Assembly: GCA_963772725.1 (NCBI GenBank)
Contig: CAVYYI010000001.1
Coordinates: 352,001-416,000, forward strand
Direction: 5' to 3'
DNA length: 64,000 bases
Source of the DNA: an uncultured Phycisphaerales bacterium
GTDB taxonomy: Bacteria > Planctomycetota > Phycisphaerae > Sedimentisphaerales > Anaerobacaceae
Position 1 is the stretch's first letter. The number at the start of each line of letters is the position of its first letter. The notes beneath the pieces were generated by a model. It had not been told where the DNA came from. It searched no databases and saw only the letters and a list, made by a program, of their open reading frames with translations. The translations under genes were made by a program, and so were the position numbers. Of this stretch, positions 50,016 to 62,609 are shown piece after piece.

Positions 50016-51149
50016 TTACCTGTTAATATGCAGGATTTTGGCGCCATCGAAGCCGTTGAATTTCGTTGAAGAGGCGATGCTGTATGCTCCTATATTTTCG
50101 GTGTAAAGATAGTCGCCGATTTTAAGGTTCCCCGGGAGCTGCTCGGCCAGCGATATTTTGTCGAAACTGTCGCAGGTTGGGCCGACAACGGCGCAGACCT
50201 CGATTTTGCCGCGCGAGAACGAATGGAAATTGGGAATCCAGTGGTCGTACACGATGCCGGAAAAGGTATGATAGACGCCGTCGTTTATGTGATAGAAAAT
50301 TTTGCCGTTCCTGGAGGCTTTGCCTATTATTTCGGAAACGAGCGTCGCGCAGGTGGCGGCCATAAATCTTCCCGGTTCGGCGATAATCTCTATATCCGCG
50401 GGGAAAAGCCTTTGGCATTCGGAGTTTATTATCTGCGCGAGTTTCTCAAATTGTGGAACCTGCGCATCGTAGGGGGCGGGGAATCCGCCGCCTATATCGA
50501 CGATTTTCAGTTCGTAGCCTTTCTTTCGGGCGTCATTGAAAATTTCCGAGGTTATGTGCAGGGCGGCAGTATAATTATCAAAGTTTGTGCATTGGCTTCC
50601 AACGTGAAAACTTAATCCTTCGACAGCCAGCCCGGAATCGAAAACCTTTTTTATCAGGCCAGCGGCGTCGCCCAGCTCTGCGCCGAATTTGGAGCTCATC
50701 TCAACCTGCGAGCCTGTATCGGGGACCTTCAACCGCAAAACCAGACCGGCGGTTTCGCAGTTTTCCTTAATCTTATCGACCTCGTCGGCGTTGTCATAAG
50801 TTACAAGAGGCCTATACCTTTTTATATCCTTCAGAGTTTGCCTGTCTTTGATTGTGTTGGAGAAGATAATCTTGTCCCAAATGAAAAAGTCCTTGTCCTT
50901 TTCCTCAAAGTGGCGGATGTATTCATAGACCTGCATAAACTCGTTGTAGGATGCGACGTCGAAGCTGGCCCCCTCGTTGAACAGTGTCTCGATAATTTCC
51001 TGGTTGGAGTTGGCCTTTACTGCGTAATAAGCCTGCACACGCGGCAGATTCTTCTTGAACGACCGGTAGTTCCTGCGTATTTTCTCATGGTCAATTATAA
51101 ACAACGGCGTACCATGCTTATCAGCTAATTTTACAAGGTCTTTTTTCAT
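50016..51149 (-). CDS. fold-type III PLP ornithine/lysine decarboxylase
   Basis: YYAVKAN, FDVAS, SFHVGSQC, DIGGGFP, AEPGRF and GPTCDSFD. Confidence 0.92.
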   Translation of the reverse strand: MKKDLVKLADKHGTPLFIIDHEKIRRNYRSFKKNLPRVQAYYAVKANSNQEIIETLFNEGASFDVASYNEFMQVYEYIRHFEEKDKDFFIWDKIIFSNTIKDRQTLKDIKRYRPLVTYDNADEVDKIKENCETAGLVLRLKVPDTGSQVEMSSKFGAELGDAAGLIKKVFDSGLAVEGLSFHVGSQCTNFDNYTAALHITSEIFNDARKKGYELKIVDIGGGFPAPYDAQVPQFEKLAQIINSECQRLFPADIEIIAEPGRFMAATCATLVSEIIGKASRNGKIFYHINDGVYHTFSGIVYDHWIPNFHSFSRGKIEVCAVVGPTCDSFDKISLAEQLPGNLKIGDYLYTENIGAYSIASSTKFNGFDGAKILHINR

Positions 51150-51281
51150 TTATTATCCTAACTAATTTTATTACACCAATGGTGCAAGTTTTGTCTTCAT
51201 TACTTGTCATTTTCACGCAAGCGTGAACCCTGTTTTTCAGCAAGATAACTTGAACTATACAAAGTAGCAAACCTATTATTT

Positions 51282-52124
51282 TTATTTTAATTTTTTGGCT
51301 AAATCATTTGCGGCTGCCTGAACAACGAGCCAACTAATTTCACATGTATCTTTGTCAGGAAACGCTTTTACAATCATCTGTTGATATGGATGAATTAAAT
51401 TTCTAAACTCGCGGAGTGAATGTGAAAACTTTTTCACATCAAGATCAAGCCACCCAACTTCATGGGCTACATTTATCATATCTGAAAGAGACCAATCTGC
51501 AAAATATTTTACCTTTCCAGTTCTTTGATCAAGAGGTGCAGATTTGCATCTATTCCCGTCTTCGGGAAACTTTTGGAAAATGGAAACAAGCATTCCCTCT
51601 AACATTGATCCCATAATAATAGTCGCTGCAAGATAAGCTTCCGCTATCATACATTTCTGAGCCTGCTCCCATCTATCAGCAAGAATTTCACCTAAGCCAG
51701 GTTCAAGCTTTAGACTCAAGAAATCAGGAGGAGGTAAAGGTTTTAATTCAGGTTCGCTTGGCTGTTCTACAAACTGTGGGATGATTTCTTTGAGTTTTGG
51801 TATAATTCCTTCTAATTCAACCTTCAGACCCTCTACCATTAATATCTCGTTTAATTTAGTGATAGCTTGTCCAATCTGTTGCTGATTCCCTTTATACTCA
51901 CGTGGGTCTGCCAAACGTAATACAACTGCTTTTAGATTGTTGTCTGTCAATTGCTTTAGAACATCTATTGTCCACCATTTTCGAGTTGAACCATCGTGTT
52001 TAAAATTGGAAAAACCAACACGCTGAAAAAAACGGGTAAGTTCGGAACCGGTACGGCAAACAGGATATCCCTGCCCTCCCCCACAAATCATATCAGCAAG
52101 TGCATCTAGTGTTTGGCCATCCAT
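51282..52124 (-). CDS. hypothetical protein, AbiJ-N-like N-terminus plus HEPN-like C-terminus
   Basis: LADMICG...RTGSELTRFF...STRKWW; AYLAATIIMGSMLEG...WSLSDMI...LREFRNLIHP. Confidence 0.65.
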   Translation of the reverse strand: MDGQTLDALADMICGGGQGYPVCRTGSELTRFFQRVGFSNFKHDGSTRKWWTIDVLKQLTDNNLKAVVLRLADPREYKGNQQQIGQAITKLNEILMVEGLKVELEGIIPKLKEIIPQFVEQPSEPELKPLPPPDFLSLKLEPGLGEILADRWEQAQKCMIAEAYLAATIIMGSMLEGMLVSIFQKFPEDGNRCKSAPLDQRTGKVKYFADWSLSDMINVAHEVGWLDLDVKKFSHSLREFRNLIHPYQQMIVKAFPDKDTCEISWLVVQAAANDLAKKLK

Positions 52125-52202
52125 ATAATTATATATCTGATATATAAATCTTCCATGCTTTAAACCACAAAGTCATTTGATTTTTATCAGCTCTCAACAA
52201 TT

Positions 52203-52709
52203 TTATTTTTTTATAAATTCCGCTATGATTTCATAATATCTTGTGTTAAATTTTCTAAAATCGCAAGTCAACTGTGATTCTTGGTCTAATGGCGTTTTAT
52301 GATTAAAATCTTGTGGCTTTAAATCTGTTTCTGAAAATAAAATATTGCTTGTTAATTCCGATTCATCGCCATAAATAGAACTATTAAAAGAATCTACCCA
52401 TGCTTTATTATAATATTCATCTTCAAGAGAAAATGGAGTAAAACTAATAGTATAAATATCATTAATTGAATAGTCAATTCCGTTATATAGATTAAATTTT
52501 CCACCTAATAAAAAATGTTTATTTTTTTTAACCGTCCCGTTAATGATACTTTCGACTATGCCGCTTATAATTATATTTTGTTTTTCATGCCAAATATTAA
52601 CCCATAGTTTAATATTATTCAATTTTGATAAATATAAGATTAAGCGTTTTCTTTCAAGTTCAATTAACCGCCTTTCATGATCTACCAATGATCGTCCAAA
52701 TTTTATCAT
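52203..52709 (-). CDS. AT-rich hypothetical protein
   Basis: 168-aa ORF with an AAGGA RBS in a low-GC islet. Confidence 0.55.
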   Translation of the reverse strand: MIKFGRSLVDHERRLIELERKRLILYLSKLNNIKLWVNIWHEKQNIIISGIVESIINGTVKKNKHFLLGGKFNLYNGIDYSINDIYTISFTPFSLEDEYYNKAWVDSFNSSIYGDESELTSNILFSETDLKPQDFNHKTPLDQESQLTCDFRKFNTRYYEIIAEFIKK

Positions 52710-52849
52710 TTTATAATCCTCTTATAGGCAAAGTAGAACTTATACAAAGGTATTTCTTATCATTTTACTTTCATCACAATAAAACATCAATGAAAACCTA
52801 TCCACTAAAGCTTTGTCAATGATGGATACAATTTTCATTTTAATCATTT

Positions 52850-52877
52850 GACGTTCAACGTTATACGTTCGACGTTC
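52850..52877. repeat. 7-bp tandem array (4 units)
   Basis: GACGTTC AACGTTA TACGTTC GACGTTC. Confidence 0.75.
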
Positions 52878-52889
52878 TTTTTCGCCTAC

Positions 52890-54068
52890 TCACAGTTTTT
52901 TTATTAGCCCTTTGAGTTTTTCGACCTCTTTGTTGTTTTCGAGGTAGGACTTAATCAGCTTTTCACGCAGTTCCTGGCCGCGGTCGTAAAGTCTCTTGGC
53001 CTTTTTCGGCTTGGTGGTGTGCTTGACATACGCGACCATCATCGGGAATGCGACCGTTACATCGAGATAGGCGGTTACCGTCTCTTCGAGTTTTGTCGGG
53101 TCGATTTTGCCCCAGCTTGCGGCCTCTGAAGGCGGTGCGCCGGACAGGCCCCCTGTATCGGGCCTGGCGTCGGTTATGTTGATGTCGTAATCCTGGCCGA
53201 CCTCGGGTATCATCAGCACTTCCTGAATCTGTGGCTCGGTCTGGAGCATAAAGTTTTTCGGACTTCCGCCGCCGATGAGAATGACCGCGGTCTTGCCCTT
53301 TTCGTATCTCTTGGCGTTCAGGATAATCGCTGTCGAATCATTGACGTCGATGCTTGGGTTTATTTTCAGTTTGAATTTATCTGACAGGCCCGACGCCTCC
53401 GCGAGAAGTTCGATGCCTGCGACGTTCATTCCAATTGTTGAGTCGCCCGGCGAAGATGTGAAAACAGGAATACCGTTTCTATACGCGGCGGCGAGGATAC
53501 TTACCTGGCCGAGCTTATTTTTCTTCTCGAACTCGTCGAGGATTTTGCCGAGATGATGATAAAACTCACGTGTCCCCATCTCTTTCTGAAATTCCGGCCT
53601 GACTAATATCTCGCGAAGTCTCCTGTCGGTCTCCATCAGGACGTCTTCGTAATCGAAGAGAATATCATAAATTCTGGTAACGCCTTTATCTCGCAGGTCA
53701 ACATCATCGACATTGTGACTGCCGCGATAGAGAGGCAGGTTGAATGCGTAATGAATGTCGTGATACATATTTGCGCCGGTGGCGGAGAGCCAGTCAACAA
53801 AGCCGTGATTCATCAGCGGAATGACCGTTGATGGTCCCAGGCCCGCAGGCGTTAACGCTCCCGCCAGGCTCAGGCCGATAGTAACATCTTCCTGCGAATA
53901 GCGGTTTTTCAAGAGGTGGCACGCGGCACGGAGTCTTCCGCCGTTATAGGCGTCCATATTATCAACCAGTTGTACAATGTCTGTCTTTTCACTAATCGGC
54001 TCAGGCATAATCCTTTTGCCTGACAGATATTTCTGCTTGCCCGGACAATTCGATTTTTTATGTTCCAT
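52890..54068 (-). CDS. deoxyhypusine synthase-like protein (probable homospermidine synthase)
   Basis: LAGALTPAGLG, ATGANMYHD, GGGSPKNF and DTGGLSGAPPSEAASWGK. Confidence 0.9.
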   Translation of the reverse strand: MEHKKSNCPGKQKYLSGKRIMPEPISEKTDIVQLVDNMDAYNGGRLRAACHLLKNRYSQEDVTIGLSLAGALTPAGLGPSTVIPLMNHGFVDWLSATGANMYHDIHYAFNLPLYRGSHNVDDVDLRDKGVTRIYDILFDYEDVLMETDRRLREILVRPEFQKEMGTREFYHHLGKILDEFEKKNKLGQVSILAAAYRNGIPVFTSSPGDSTIGMNVAGIELLAEASGLSDKFKLKINPSIDVNDSTAIILNAKRYEKGKTAVILIGGGSPKNFMLQTEPQIQEVLMIPEVGQDYDINITDARPDTGGLSGAPPSEAASWGKIDPTKLEETVTAYLDVTVAFPMMVAYVKHTTKPKKAKRLYDRGQELREKLIKSYLENNKEVEKLKGLIKKL

Positions 54069-54278
54069 TTTCTCTTTCCAATAAAAAAATAATTCATTAA
54101 AACTTCACCCGCGGCATTTTAGCTTTGCGACCGCTTTTTAACAAGAGAAAAGATTTTTGTTTTTTGACTGTTTTAAATAGCAAATAGTTTATTCTTGACT
54201 AAATAATCATGTTTAAATATTCTTCAGCAATATACTGTAATCATAAAATCAAAACCGCTTTTTTTTAGGATTGAAAAA

Positions 54279-55271
54279 ATGGAAGCAGTGCTTGAGTTGT
54301 TGACTGTTATATTTTTTGCTATTCTTCCCACTAAGATATCATTGTTTTTATTATTAAAAAAAGAACAAAGGGTGATTGAAAATGTATCCATTTCATTGCT
54401 TATGGCTGTAATTTATCAACTTGGAAGTATCTTTTTGATTTTGTACATAGGGCTGCATCAGAAAACTCATTTCTCATCTGTCGGCCTTGATTTTACAAAT
54501 CCGGATAAGATTATAAATGTATTTTTCGCCATAGGTGTATTTCTTGGCGTGTATGCACTTGCTGCCAGATTTATAACAGGCAAGAAACAAGAGATTGACC
54601 GTACCTCATATCATGCGATGTTGGCGGATGCGGCAAAAACTCCTTTTCAAAAAACTTTATTTTCCTTAAATTTTGTTTTTGCTGCCATATCGGAAGAACT
54701 TGTTTACAGGGGGTATTTTATTCTGCTCTGGGTACAGAGAACCGGCATAATAATCCCATGGGCAATCCTTTCGGCTTGTCTCTTTATTGTGGGGCATCTA
54801 CACTATAAAAAGAGAGATTTTATTTTCGTAATATTTTTTACGATAGCAGTGACTGCTGTGGTAATAGCTGCAGACAATATTGTCGGAGCTATTGCATATC
54901 ACGGTTTGGTAAACTTTATTGTTTCTATGAAATTGCTGAAATTGTTGACAAGCAAAAAGGAAAAAGCCACTGAGAACGTCAGTGCGATTTATAGGCCTCA
55001 ATTCAAAAAGTCTATTCCAATAAGCAATCTGGCAGTTTTTGCATTAATCATAGGTGTAATCGGAATACCCACATTCCCAATTTCTTTCGCTATACCATCC
55101 ATAGTATCTTTGATTATGGCCATTATAGCACTTAGAAGGATAAACCGGAGTAACTCTCAATTATCAGGCAAAGCACTTGCAATTGCAGCTATAATAATGT
55201 CCTCTCTTGTTATATGCATTTTTCTTATTATTGTATCGCTCTTTCTAATACTTTTTCATTTTTCCCAATGA
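54279..55271 (+). CDS. CPBP (CAAX/Abi) intramembrane metalloprotease with a C-terminal DUF4190-like domain
   Basis: EELVYRG, FIVGHLHY and HGLVN; tail SNLAVFALIIG...IALRRINRS...GKALAIAAII. Confidence 0.8.
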   Translation: MEAVLELLTVIFFAILPTKISLFLLLKKEQRVIENVSISLLMAVIYQLGSIFLILYIGLHQKTHFSSVGLDFTNPDKIINVFFAIGVFLGVYALAARFITGKKQEIDRTSYHAMLADAAKTPFQKTLFSLNFVFAAISEELVYRGYFILLWVQRTGIIIPWAILSACLFIVGHLHYKKRDFIFVIFFTIAVTAVVIAADNIVGAIAYHGLVNFIVSMKLLKLLTSKKEKATENVSAIYRPQFKKSIPISNLAVFALIIGVIGIPTFPISFAIPSIVSLIMAIIALRRINRSNSQLSGKALAIAAIIMSSLVICIFLIIVSLFLILFHFSQ

Positions 55272-55480
55272 TTGGCACTTCCTGCCTGCAGTTACAAAAG
55301 ATATACCTCTTTATCCGGTAGGACACGAAAACTTTGAAGAATTACATGAATTTTTTAAAATTTTGTAGCAAGTCTGTTTATTCAAGCCATTGCGACAGGC
55401 TTTGAATTTTGAGTAGGGCTTTTCATAGCTAGAAATAAATTTTTCAGGTGTGGTGAAGTTTTTGAAACTATAATTTGTGC

Positions 55481-55524
55481 TGATGAAAAATTTCATTGCC
55501 AAACAGGCGGAAAAGTTATATAAA
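55481..55524 (+). promoter_or_regulatory. PFOR promoter with overlapping palindromic operator
   Basis: ATGAAAAATTTCAT palindrome, then TTGCCA, 17 nt, TATAAA. Confidence 0.5.
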
Positions 55525-55620
55525 GACAGAGGAAGAGCAGCCTGAATTTCTGAGACAGTTGCGTTTACTGTAACAGGGCAGGGTGTTGTTTTTTCTATTT
55601 TTATTTGAAAAGGTGAATAA

Positions 55621-59238
<3,618 letters not shown>

Positions 59239-59239
<1 letters not shown>

Positions 59240-59346
59240 CACCAATTGTGTTAATATGCCTTATACTCTTAAGACTGCTTAGTTGTTGCGTTCTTCGCAA
59301 TGAAGCTAAGGGGTTGCAAGGTGCATATATTTAACGCAATTGGTAT
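59239..59346. repeat. MITE-like long imperfect inverted repeat
   Basis: ACACCAATTGTGTTAA...TTAACGCAATTGGTAT (14/16), with inner ATATGCCTT/AAGGTGCATAT and CTTAG..TTGCG/CGCAA..CTAAG stems. Confidence 0.65.
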
Positions 59347-59351
59347 CAAAT

Positions 59352-60908
59352 ATGAACAGGCGAACATTCATTAAAAATACTGGCCTTGGTGTCGCAGCGG
59401 CAGGGGCATTTGGTGTATTTGACGTACTCGCCAATGCAGCCGATAGCAATTCGTCCATCCCAAAACCACGTCGTACTCCTCCAAATATCATCGTCATTCT
59501 TGCTGATGACCTTGGGTGGGGCGACTTGAGCTGTTATCCGCAGGATACACGGTTTCCTGAAGCACGGATCCGTACCCCAAATCTTGATAGCCTTGCTACG
59601 GAAGGTGCAAGGTTTACACAAGCTTATGCTACATGCATGGTGTGCTCGCCATCACGAGCAGGGCTTTTGACAGGGCGGTATCAACAGCGGTTTGGATATT
59701 ATGAGTTCAAAGAGACTCTGTCGGGCATTCCAAAAAATGAGATGATGCTCCAGGAATTTTTGAAGAGGCAGGGTTATGTTACAGCGTGTATCGGCAAGTG
59801 GCACGTCGGCCATAAGCCGGAACTCGGTCCCATGACCCGTGGATTTGACCGATTTTATGGATTTCTCGGCGGCCAGCATGACTATTATGATCCAAACCTT
59901 GGTGATCCGACGATGGGGTTTTCATTTGACCGAGATGCCTGCATTATGGACCAGAACAAGCCTGTCAGGCAGATGGAGTATCTAACCGATGAGTTAACCA
60001 AACAGAGCATCGAATTTATTGATGAGCAAGCTGCGGCTGGCAAGCCTTTCTTCTTATATCTGTCGTACAATGCGCCGCATCCACCTATGCAGTGTACCTG
60101 GGATAAACTGGAGCCGTATGCGGCAGAGAAGGGGGGCAAGTTCGATTCTCGTGATCTGGCTCGCGCGATGATTGATTCAATGGACGATGGTATAGGTAAA
60201 ATACTCGCTCGATTGCTGCATTTGAATATCGATCGCAACACTCTGATTATTTTTACCAGTGACAACGGTGGCACCGATGACGGCGACGGTTTACCTGCAC
60301 ATCTGGTGCATCATAATGGCGGCCTGCGTGCCCGTAAGGGATTTTACTGGGAAGGAGGTATCCGTGTACCGTTTATAATTCGCTGGCCGGAAAAAGTGTC
60401 GGAAGGACTTGTGTATAACCAACCTGTCAGCCAGCTTGATATTTTTGCCACGTGTGCTGCCGCAACCGGCGGGGCAGTGGCCAAACCCCTTGATGGCGTT
60501 GACCTTGTGCCGTATCTGCGGGGTGAACGTAAAGGTATGCCGCATGATGTGATGTATTGGGGGCTGGATGAGGTGGTTGATCGCTGGGCGATACGTAATG
60601 GTAAATGGAAACTGACCTGTGAATACCGCGACCCTCAGACAACCTATGATAAGACATTGATGAAAGTAACCGAACTTCATGATATGGAGGTGGATGTGTT
60701 TGAACGGCATAATGCGGCTGAACAGCATCCTGAAATTGTGCAGGAACTTCTCAAGCTTAAAGAGGATTTCTATAAGTCATGTGCGCCTACACTGTGGACG
60801 CCTCAGCTCAAGAAGGCATGGGAAGAGGAAACAGCGCGGCGTAAACAGAAGTTGCCTAATCCGGATGCGCTGCGTCGTGATGGTGCGCCTGGACACTGGC
60901 TATTGTAA
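59352..60908 (+). CDS. Tat-exported arylsulfatase-like (Cys-type) sulfatase
   Basis: MNRRTFIK, PNIIVILADDLGWGD, CSPSRAGLLTGRY, GKWH, SDNG and EGGIRVP. Confidence 0.95.
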   Translation: MNRRTFIKNTGLGVAAAGAFGVFDVLANAADSNSSIPKPRRTPPNIIVILADDLGWGDLSCYPQDTRFPEARIRTPNLDSLATEGARFTQAYATCMVCSPSRAGLLTGRYQQRFGYYEFKETLSGIPKNEMMLQEFLKRQGYVTACIGKWHVGHKPELGPMTRGFDRFYGFLGGQHDYYDPNLGDPTMGFSFDRDACIMDQNKPVRQMEYLTDELTKQSIEFIDEQAAAGKPFFLYLSYNAPHPPMQCTWDKLEPYAAEKGGKFDSRDLARAMIDSMDDGIGKILARLLHLNIDRNTLIIFTSDNGGTDDGDGLPAHLVHHNGGLRARKGFYWEGGIRVPFIIRWPEKVSEGLVYNQPVSQLDIFATCAAATGGAVAKPLDGVDLVPYLRGERKGMPHDVMYWGLDEVVDRWAIRNGKWKLTCEYRDPQTTYDKTLMKVTELHDMEVDVFERHNAAEQHPEIVQELLKLKEDFYKSCAPTLWTPQLKKAWEEETARRKQKLPNPDALRRDGAPGHWLL

Positions 60909-61021
60909 AAAAGTCTGGGTATGTGAGAGGCACAGATATCAGAGAATGAACAGAAATCAAAAAATAGAAATCATTCGACTCGTACGAGATAATTGGTAAT
61001 AAAATTGGCATGTGTCTTTTT

Positions 61022-62209
61022 TTAATTTGCATGTCTGCGTGCCCTGATTTTAATTTCCTTTGAAGCGGCATTGATGGAATTAATCTCTTTTTCGATGGCG
61101 GGGATATCTATCTGAAGGTTGGGGTATTTTTTCGCCAGAGCGGCAAGAGTCTTAAAATCGTCATTTACCTCGCGGAGAATTTTCAGTGCCGCCGGTGAAG
61201 AAGAGGCGATCTCAATTTCTTTGGATTTGAGGTCTATATCCTTCAAAATAGTGTTTGTCCGGACTGTGGCCTTTTTAAATTCCTGTGCGGCCTTGTCGGC
61301 GGCGTCATTTACAATAATTTCGGCATTCTGAGCATTGACATCAGCCAGTATGTCCTGCCGTGAGGTGACCTCTTTGTCCGCCATATTGCTTTGAACGGCT
61401 TCGTTAGTGGTCAGTGTAAGAAGACTTCCTTTTTTATTCCATGTGTGAACAACGGGCTGGCCGTTCTTTTTGTTTACAGGCTCTATAAAGAGTCTTTTAC
61501 CCGAATCGGAGACCTCGATTACCTCGATGTTTTTATCGACCATTGCCTTGGCTAAAAGACCCGGCCTGCCGTTTCGTTCGGCCAGCGATGCCAGGTAGCC
61601 TCGCCACGCGGAACTGTATTTTTCGCTGATGTCTTTTCCGAAAGTTTCCTTCGCGTCTTTGACTTTGCCTTCATTAATAGTAACCAGCATCGCTGCTCCT
61701 ATGATGGTTCCATTGGCCATATAGATCTTGTTGCAGGCAAAGGCAAGTGCCGCTCCCGCGGAAATCGCTCCGCCTTTTTCGCCGCCCTTTATAAAGGCGT
61801 AAACAGGAGTTGGTGATTGCGTGATGGCCGAACAGATTTTTTGTGCCAAATCGGTTCTGCCGCCGGGTGTATCGATTTCAAAAATTATAAATAAAGGCCC
61901 CTCCGATGAAGCCTGTGTTATCGCCTTCTCGATAGCATCGGTTACTATTTGAAGGGCAATTGCGTCGGTCAATGGAATGACAACAACTTTATTGTTCCTG
62001 CCGTTTGTGTCATAAACGGTTTTCCACTCGGATGTATTAACGTCAATCTTTCCTTTTTCCTTTGTGAAAATTGTTGATTTGCCGTCTTCGCAGGACGAAA
62101 TCGGATAGCCGCTCAGCTTTTCACCGGTTTTTTTGTTTGTGAAGGTATCAGCGGAGCAGAAACTGGAAAAAAACGTCAGAACCGCGATTAGAGGTAATAT
62201 TTTTTTCAT
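61022..62209 (-). CDS. secreted NfeD-like ClpP/crotonase-fold protein
   Basis: Signal peptide; IDTPGG, AISAGAALAFAC...IGAA and AERNGRPGLLAKAMVD; no NfeD TM region. Confidence 0.75.
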   Translation of the reverse strand: MKKILPLIAVLTFFSSFCSADTFTNKKTGEKLSGYPISSCEDGKSTIFTKEKGKIDVNTSEWKTVYDTNGRNNKVVVIPLTDAIALQIVTDAIEKAITQASSEGPLFIIFEIDTPGGRTDLAQKICSAITQSPTPVYAFIKGGEKGGAISAGAALAFACNKIYMANGTIIGAAMLVTINEGKVKDAKETFGKDISEKYSSAWRGYLASLAERNGRPGLLAKAMVDKNIEVIEVSDSGKRLFIEPVNKKNGQPVVHTWNKKGSLLTLTTNEAVQSNMADKEVTSRQDILADVNAQNAEIIVNDAADKAAQEFKKATVRTNTILKDIDLKSKEIEIASSSPAALKILREVNDDFKTLAALAKKYPNLQIDIPAIEKEINSINAASKEIKIRARRHAN

Positions 62210-62366
62210 CTTATCGTAAATTTATCTTTAATGATACTTTATCTTGTCTTTTTGCAAAATACTAAATTCATTTCATAATAGCAAGCGTTTTTTCGGGGTT
62301 TTGGCATTTGGTGCGGGATATGGTGATATTTTTCCATCCTGAAACCATGACCGGCCAATTATTTTC

Positions 62367-62395
62367 TTGACAAAAGTCGAAAAGTAAGATATATT
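62367..62395 (+). promoter_or_regulatory. sigma70 promoter not followed by a long ORF
   Basis: TTGACA (62367-72), 17 nt, TATATT. Confidence 0.6.
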
Positions 62396-62401
62396 ATAGT
62401 T

Positions 62402-62530
62402 GTTGCGAGTGCAAAACGACGGTTTCGCCAAAATGCGCTATCCGCGGTAAAGTGCAAATCGGCACTACGCACCATGGGAGACAGACCTTAAAATGGGAAA
62501 AATAAATTGCCTGTCTCCCTTTTTATTTTT
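62402..62530 (+). ncRNA. candidate small structured RNA
   Basis: Lies between the promoter and GGGAGACAG/CTGTCTCCC plus a U tract; TGCGAGTGC/GCACTACGCA closing stem. Confidence 0.35.
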
Positions 62531-62573
62531 CTGTTTTTAACCGTTTTTGCAATTCCTGCCACATTCCTGAAAC

Positions 62574-62601
62574 TTGACAGCGGCGATTTTAAGCATAAAA
62601 T
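62574..62601 (+). promoter_or_regulatory. promoter of the lpxL-like gene (nearly leaderless)
   Basis: TTGACA, 16 nt, TAAAAT ending 8 nt before ATG 62610; no SD. Confidence 0.6.
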
Positions 62602-62609
62602 AATCCTCT

